DNA of 64,000 nucleotides from Sulfuricurvum sp. (GTDB lineage Bacteria; Campylobacterota; Campylobacteria; Campylobacterales; Sulfurimonadaceae): NCBI GenBank assembly GCA_036170115.1, contig JAVHOQ010000095.1, positions 8,042 to 72,041 of the forward strand, read 5' to 3'. Shown piece by piece: positions 58,842 to 64,000 of this stretch (position 1 is its first letter; each line of letters starts with the position of its first letter). The notes under the pieces were generated by a model. It saw only the letters and a program-made list of their open reading frames with translations, ran no database searches and was not told where the DNA came from. The position numbers and the translations under genes were made by a program.

Positions 58842-59522
58842 GTGAAATGGAGAATCTTTATGGGTGCTTTTCTTCTTATCTCCTCCTTGTGGGGAACTCA
58901 GCAATTGGTGGTGGTGATTTCCCCTGAGATGAATGCGACAATGGGATGGTTGCAACGGTACGAAAAAGGGAGAATGTGGGAAAAACGGGGGGAAGCCATT
59001 GCGGTTACCCTTGGGCGAAAGGGACTGGGATGGGAGGATAATCGGTTCCCCCAAAAGCAAGAGGGGGATGGTCGTTCTCCCGCTGGAGTCTTTCCGATTG
59101 GCAGCACTTTTGGGTATGCGACTACGGGACTCTCTTCCATGCCCTATTGGTACGCCAATGATCAATTGATCTGTGTCGATGAAGTCAATGATCCGCGCTA
59201 TAACACCATGGTGATCCTCAAAGAGGGTGAAACATTGCCCAAAAGCTATGAGCAAATGCACCGCTTAGATGGGGTCTATCGCTACGGTGCGGTCATTGGG
59301 TACAATCCCACAGGGGAGAAGGGGAGGGGGTCGTGCCTCTTTTTCCATCTCAATCATCCCAACCATCGCCCCACTGCAGGGTGTACCGCGATGGAGGAAA
59401 AACCGCTCATCGAACTCTTGCGATGGCTTGATCCTTTTCAAAAACCGCAATTATTACAAATACCAAAAAGCGAATGTCTGGCGTATCAAAAAGTGTTTGA
59501 GGGGATTGCGTGTGATAAGTGA
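58842..59522 (+). CDS. L,D-transpeptidase family protein (GTG start)
   Basis: KQEGDGRSPAGVF, GRGSCLFFH, PTAGCTAM. Confidence 0.85.
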   Translation: MKWRIFMGAFLLISSLWGTQQLVVVISPEMNATMGWLQRYEKGRMWEKRGEAIAVTLGRKGLGWEDNRFPQKQEGDGRSPAGVFPIGSTFGYATTGLSSMPYWYANDQLICVDEVNDPRYNTMVILKEGETLPKSYEQMHRLDGVYRYGAVIGYNPTGEKGRGSCLFFHLNHPNHRPTAGCTAMEEKPLIELLRWLDPFQKPQLLQIPKSECLAYQKVFEGIACDK

Positions 59523-59547
59523 TGATAAATAGGATGGGCAATGGTCT

Positions 59548-59575
59548 TAGACCCTGAGTCACGCTCAGGGTGACG
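59548..59575 (-). repeat. CGTC-type REP between convergent genes
   Basis: Reverse complement is CGTCACCCTGAG-cgtga-CTCAGGGTCTA. Confidence 0.8.
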
Positions 59576-59593
59576 AGAGGATTTTGGAGAAGA

Positions 59594-60610
59594 TTAATTC
59601 ACCACATCCACTTTGGGCGTTTTAGCTGTAGAAGCGGGGAGCATAGGGTAGGTCACGGTGGGTTTTTTACCTTCTAAAGATTTGAGGAACGTTTCAATCT
59701 CGGTGGTCTCTTGGTCGGTGAGATCAACACCTAATTGGATACGTCCCATCTCTTTGATCGCTTCGCTTAGCGTAGCAATTTGTCCATTATGGAAATAGGG
59801 TGCCGTTTGGGTGATGTTACGCAACGTGGGTACGCGCACCATGCCGTTTTTATCCCCTTTGAAATCGCCTACATTGGCGTGTTTGTAGGGTGCTACAACC
59901 CCAAATGGCTGCATGGTTCCTCCCAAGGCAATACCGTTATGACAGCTGACACACCCTTTGTCGATAAAGGTTTTAAGCCCTTTTTGTTCCGCAGGGGTGA
60001 GGGCTTTTGGGTTGCCTTGTAAAAACGCATCGTAGCGTGAGGGGGTAACCAAGGTACGCTCGAAGACGGCAATGGTATCAGCCACTTTTTCAAACGTGAT
60101 AGGGGTGTTTTTGCCGTACGCTTTTTGGAATGCGGTGACGTACTGAGGGATTGAGGTGACGACTCCGGTCACGTATTCTTTGGACGCTGCCATCTCTGGG
60201 GCTGCTTGGATGGGTCCTTGGGCTTGATCTTCGAGGTGGGGAGAGCGTCCATCCCAAAATTGTTGGCTGTAAAAGACGGCATTGTAAACCGTCGGGGAGC
60301 TTAGACCATGGGGATTGGCCGTCCATTTATGCCCGATGGCAGCGGACATTCCATCCACCCCTCCAATGGCAAGATTATGACAGGTGTTACAACTAATCAA
60401 TCCACTTTTCGAGAGACGGGGATCAAAATAGAGCATTTTCCCCAATGCTACTTTGGCCGACGTGGTGGGATTTTTGGGGTTAGAGGTGAGCTTTTCGAGG
60501 GCTTTGGCGTTTGAGGGGATTGGTTTTAATCCCGCTTTTTGGGCTTCATTGGCAAGCGTTGCACCCATAACCGACGTGGCAACGATAGCAGAGAGAAATA
60601 AGGTTTTCAT
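59594..60610 (-). CDS. ccp: Diheme cytochrome c peroxidase
   Basis: LGKMLYFDPRLS, SCNTCH, QFWDGR, GCVSCH, PTLRNI..TAPYFH. Confidence 0.95.
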   Translation of the reverse strand: MKTLFLSAIVATSVMGATLANEAQKAGLKPIPSNAKALEKLTSNPKNPTTSAKVALGKMLYFDPRLSKSGLISCNTCHNLAIGGVDGMSAAIGHKWTANPHGLSSPTVYNAVFYSQQFWDGRSPHLEDQAQGPIQAAPEMAASKEYVTGVVTSIPQYVTAFQKAYGKNTPITFEKVADTIAVFERTLVTPSRYDAFLQGNPKALTPAEQKGLKTFIDKGCVSCHNGIALGGTMQPFGVVAPYKHANVGDFKGDKNGMVRVPTLRNITQTAPYFHNGQIATLSEAIKEMGRIQLGVDLTDQETTEIETFLKSLEGKKPTVTYPMLPASTAKTPKVDVVN

Positions 60611-60664
60611 GGGGTATTCCTTTAAAAAAAATAGGGGATAGAGGGTACAAGTATACCACAGAGT

Positions 60665-62902
60665 TTACCCCAATTCCTGCATCACGGTATGGCGTTTGGT
60701 GGTCTCTAATCGGCGACATCCCCTCTCAAATGCCCCCGATTCCCCGATGATAATGCACTGTTTTTTGGCACGGGTGATGGCGGTATAGAGGAGTTTGGTA
60801 TTGAGCATAATGAGGTGGGAAAAACTCATGATCAGTAGGACATTTTCGTACTCCATCCCTTGGACTTTGTGGACACTGAGTGCATACGAGAGTTGGAGAA
60901 AGTCAAATACCGTATCGTAAGGGTACAAGACGATGAGTTCTTCGTTGGGAAAATAGACACTGGCGACCTCTTCGTCTTCATCGAGTTGAAACAGCAATCC
61001 ACACATCCCATTGACAATGCGACGTTGGGTGGGTTCATCGTTGTCTTTGAACCCTTGGGGCGTGAGGGTGAGCATATTTTCGTTACGGATATGGACAACT
61101 TTATCCAACAAGCGAAACTCCCCTTTGTGACTGTGGAATCGTTTTTTGGGGTTGGGATTGAAATAGTGTTGTAAGACCTTGTTGAGATTATCGACCCCCA
61201 GTGCATTGCCACGCATAGGAGAGATCACTTGAAAATGGTTGAGATATTCTTTGATCCGTTTGTGTTGGAGATGGTCACGGGAAACGGGGAGATAGTGGAG
61301 GGTTGTTTGGGCGATGGAGGCTAAAAGTTGGTCGGTGTGGGAACGGATTGCTTCGTCAAACTCACTGCTGCTAAGGGTTTGTTTGAGGTGATAACGGTTG
61401 GGCAGATCAATGGCAGTAAAGGTAAAATCATCATAAATATGGTCATACTCAGGGAGTATTCCCTGCCGTATCTCATTGGCAATGAGACTGATGGCTTGAT
61501 CACTGCGTTGGCGGTAGATATGGGTGAGGGTGATGGTTGAATCTTTTTGGAGGGTGATAAAATCGCTTAAGGGATCCCCTGCCCCAATGGGGGGAAGTTG
61601 GGCATCATCTCCGACGATGATAAGGGTCGTCTCATGATCCATTTTGGCTAAAAGACGGGCAAAAAGGGCGGAATTAATCATGGAGGCTTCATCGATGAGC
61701 AATACGCTATAGGGGAGGGTATCGGAGGCTTCAAAGCGTACCAATAAACTTTGAACGGTGCTGCTGTCATACCCACTGCGCTCTTTGATCCGTTGGGCGG
61801 CAATACCACTTAACGCACAGGTCATAATGGTCTCTTTGGGGTGATGGGTGTGCAGTAGGTCTAGCAAGGCTTTGGCAGTGGTACTTTTCCCCGTCCCTGC
61901 ATACCCCACAAGGAGTAAGAGTTTATGCCCTTGATTGATCCGTTGCAGTGCGTGGCGTTGTTGCTCTCCCAACGTCAAAATATGCTTCGTTAAAAACCCC
62001 TCCAAATCCTCGGTAAGGGGTTTATCTTTTTTGGTCGCCCAGTGTTTGAGGGTATCACGCAAAAAAAGTTCCGCTTCATAGATCCGATCCAGTGCCAATT
62101 TCCCACTGGGTAAAGTGACAATGCTCCCCTCATGGAGACGATCGAGCAATGCCATCTCATACCATGTTGATTCGGATAGGGGAATAAGGGTGGAAAGTTT
62201 GGCAAAAAGGGTCGCTTTATCAATGCAACTGTTCCCCTCTTTATCACAATACTCACTAATGGTATATTCCATTGCCGCTTGAATACGGCGCGGGTCGTGG
62301 GGAGAGAGGTTCATAGCAAGGGCAATCTCATCGGCTTTTTTAAACCCAATCCCCCGTAATCGCATGAGACCATACGGATTGTTTTTGATGGTCTCGATGG
62401 GATTTTTGACCTCTTTGAGTCCCGTAGCGATGAGACGAAGCAACGTAGGGGTGACCCCAAAAGGGGCTAAAAATTCCCCCAATAGCCGTAAGGAACGAAA
62501 TTGTTTCCAGCTCTGAGTGAGCCGTTCCACGCGAGTAGCACTCATCCCTTTGAGCTGTAAAAGTTGATTGGGATCGTTTTCCAATATCGCAATGAATCCC
62601 TCTTGCGAATATTTTTCGATGAGGTCGGCGGTGAGTTTTTTGGTAAACCCTTTGACCACCCTATTGAGAAAAAAGAAGAGTTCGTTTTGATTGACCACAA
62701 GGGATTGGGCGTTAAACGTTTTGCCGTAGTTGGGGTGATTTTCCCATTCACCGGTGAGGGTGATGGCGGTTCCTAGAAGATGACTCACCTCACTTTGGAG
62801 ATAATGGGCGGTAAACCGCTCACCGCTTTTAAGGGCGGCGACGAAAAATTCATCCCGTTCGTAGATGATTTTATCGATTTGACCGATGAGGGTGGTTGCC
62901 AT
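60665..62902 (-). CDS. recD2: RecD2-like ATP-dependent DNA helicase
   Basis: HhH region (RGIGFKKAD), GYAGTGKS, IDEASM, VGDDAQLPPIGAG, YALSVHKVQG.EY, LLYTAITRAK. Confidence 0.9.
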   Translation of the reverse strand: MATTLIGQIDKIIYERDEFFVAALKSGERFTAHYLQSEVSHLLGTAITLTGEWENHPNYGKTFNAQSLVVNQNELFFFLNRVVKGFTKKLTADLIEKYSQEGFIAILENDPNQLLQLKGMSATRVERLTQSWKQFRSLRLLGEFLAPFGVTPTLLRLIATGLKEVKNPIETIKNNPYGLMRLRGIGFKKADEIALAMNLSPHDPRRIQAAMEYTISEYCDKEGNSCIDKATLFAKLSTLIPLSESTWYEMALLDRLHEGSIVTLPSGKLALDRIYEAELFLRDTLKHWATKKDKPLTEDLEGFLTKHILTLGEQQRHALQRINQGHKLLLLVGYAGTGKSTTAKALLDLLHTHHPKETIMTCALSGIAAQRIKERSGYDSSTVQSLLVRFEASDTLPYSVLLIDEASMINSALFARLLAKMDHETTLIIVGDDAQLPPIGAGDPLSDFITLQKDSTITLTHIYRQRSDQAISLIANEIRQGILPEYDHIYDDFTFTAIDLPNRYHLKQTLSSSEFDEAIRSHTDQLLASIAQTTLHYLPVSRDHLQHKRIKEYLNHFQVISPMRGNALGVDNLNKVLQHYFNPNPKKRFHSHKGEFRLLDKVVHIRNENMLTLTPQGFKDNDEPTQRRIVNGMCGLLFQLDEDEEVASVYFPNEELIVLYPYDTVFDFLQLSYALSVHKVQGMEYENVLLIMSFSHLIMLNTKLLYTAITRAKKQCIIIGESGAFERGCRRLETTKRHTVMQELG

Positions 62903-62928
62903 TATTGTACGGTTTTATGTGGGTACAT

Positions 62929-63375
62929 TTAAAACGGCTTAATCACGACCAAAGCGACAATCCCCATCAATAACAAAGTAGGAATTTCGTTGTAAAAGCG
63001 AAAAAATTTCCCATTTTTATAGGTAGGATTAGCTTTGAGTTTCAAGCGAAAGCGTCCCAAAGAGAAAAAATAAACGGTCAAAAGGGCAACAAGGGTGAGT
63101 TTGGCGTGCATCCATCCCCCCATGGCAAAGACATTAATACCACCATAGTGTTGGGTGGATAGGACGATCAATGCGCTACCGGAGAGTACCGTCGCCCAAA
63201 AAGCGGGGACACCGATGTAGGTGTAAATCTTCATCTCCATCACTTCGACCACGTCGATAAAGCCTTGATTGGTACTGTTTTCCGCATGATACACAAACAA
63301 TCGCGGGAGATAAAACAAAACCGCAAACCACGACACCATAGAGATAATATGGAACCAAATGATCCAATTGTACAT
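62929..63375 (-). CDS. hemJ: Protoporphyrinogen oxidase HemJ
   Basis: FHIISMVSWFAVLFYLPRLFVYH, WMHAKL, FRFYNEIP. Confidence 0.93.
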   Translation of the reverse strand: MYNWIIWFHIISMVSWFAVLFYLPRLFVYHAENSTNQGFIDVVEVMEMKIYTYIGVPAFWATVLSGSALIVLSTQHYGGINVFAMGGWMHAKLTLVALLTVYFFSLGRFRLKLKANPTYKNGKFFRFYNEIPTLLLMGIVALVVIKPF

Positions 63376-63426
63376 TTTTTTTCCTCGTAATAAAGTGGGG
63401 GAAGTGTAGCGAAAAGAGATTAATCG

Positions 63427-63858
63427 CTACAGATATTTTTGGACAAAAGCAATAATTTGAGGGGCGGGTAAAGCACCGCTGAACTGATCGAGGATGCGGT
63501 TATTTTTAAAGGCAATGACAGTGGGGATTGAGCGGATACCAAAACGTGACCCCAGTTCTTGCACCTCTTCGGTATTGATTTTGATAAAGTGTGCTTTGAG
63601 GGGGAAATGGCGTGCAGCTTCTTCAAACGAAGGTGCCATACTACGGCATGGACCACACCACGGAGCCCAAAAATCGGCGATAATGACCCGATCATCATTG
63701 ACCATCAGTCGATCAAATGAAGCCACATTTACGGAGATTGGTTTGGTTTCTAAAAGAGAGTTTTTACAATGACCACAGGCGGCTTTTGTGTAGGTTGTTT
63801 TGAGAGGGATAGCATTAACGCCCCCGCAATGGGGGCAAACGACGTTGATCTTATCCAT
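63427..63858 (-). CDS. trxC: Thioredoxin 2 with N-terminal Zn finger
   Basis: CPHC..CGHC, WAPWCGPC, IRSIPT. Confidence 0.93.
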   Translation of the reverse strand: MDKINVVCPHCGGVNAIPLKTTYTKAACGHCKNSLLETKPISVNVASFDRLMVNDDRVIIADFWAPWCGPCRSMAPSFEEAARHFPLKAHFIKINTEEVQELGSRFGIRSIPTVIAFKNNRILDQFSGALPAPQIIAFVQKYL

Positions 63859-63864
63859 CGTTGG

Positions 63865-64000
63865 TTACTCCGCTTCCGCCTCAGGTTCTTGGGCGACTTC
63901 CATATCGTGTAATGAGGTGGCTTGATGGTCTTTCATTTTGTCGTGCAATCGACGAAGGGCTTTGTTAGCACGTTCAATGGCCAAATCGATGGCAGCATCA
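63865..64000 (-). CDS. 3' end of a ribosome hibernation factor (HPF/RaiA), partial
   Basis: Manual translation DAAIDLAIERANKALRRLHDKMKDHQATSLHDMEVAQEPEAEAE*. Confidence 0.75.
   Translation of the reverse strand, partial: DAAIDLAIERANKALRRLHDKMKDHQATSLHDMEVAQEPEAEAE

Overview
This is a 64-kb chromosomal segment from a Campylobacterota (epsilonproteobacterial) bacterium. It looks Sulfuricurvum/Sulfurimonas-like, judged only from gene content, synteny and promoter style. Housekeeping blocks are ribA-hemB-argF, deaD, glyQ, purE-trhP, hisJ-glnA, pckA, pilins-priA-ispG-dnaB, ctpA-purCSQ-plsC-crcB and recD2-hemJ-trxC-hpf. They flank a nitrogen-assimilation module (glnA, amtB-glnK, second amt) and a ~21-kb anaerobic nitrogen-oxide respiration region: napAGHBFLD, an outer-membrane porin, class III RNR, cyt c553, a TonB receptor, a DNR/NssR-type regulator, nirS, norCB with small membrane proteins, and nnrS. 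Main observations beyond the ORF track: (1) the class III RNR is split, with the glycyl-radical loop on a separate 58-aa ORF; (2) a 19-bp palindromic box sits at near-identical spacing upstream of glnA, amtB-glnK and amt2; (3) TTGA-N6-TCAA boxes at about -41.5 define an NO/nitrate regulon, including one box serving two divergent promoters of unknown proteins; (4) CGTC-type REP repeats occur throughout, some in frame inside priA; (5) a CheZ-like protein lacks the catalytic region; (6) a PAS-GGDEF-EAL gene is frameshifted at a T6 slippery site; (7) deaD has a long structured leader. No rRNA, tRNA, CRISPR array or transposase was seen. All homology calls are by eye from motifs, and no database searches were run.
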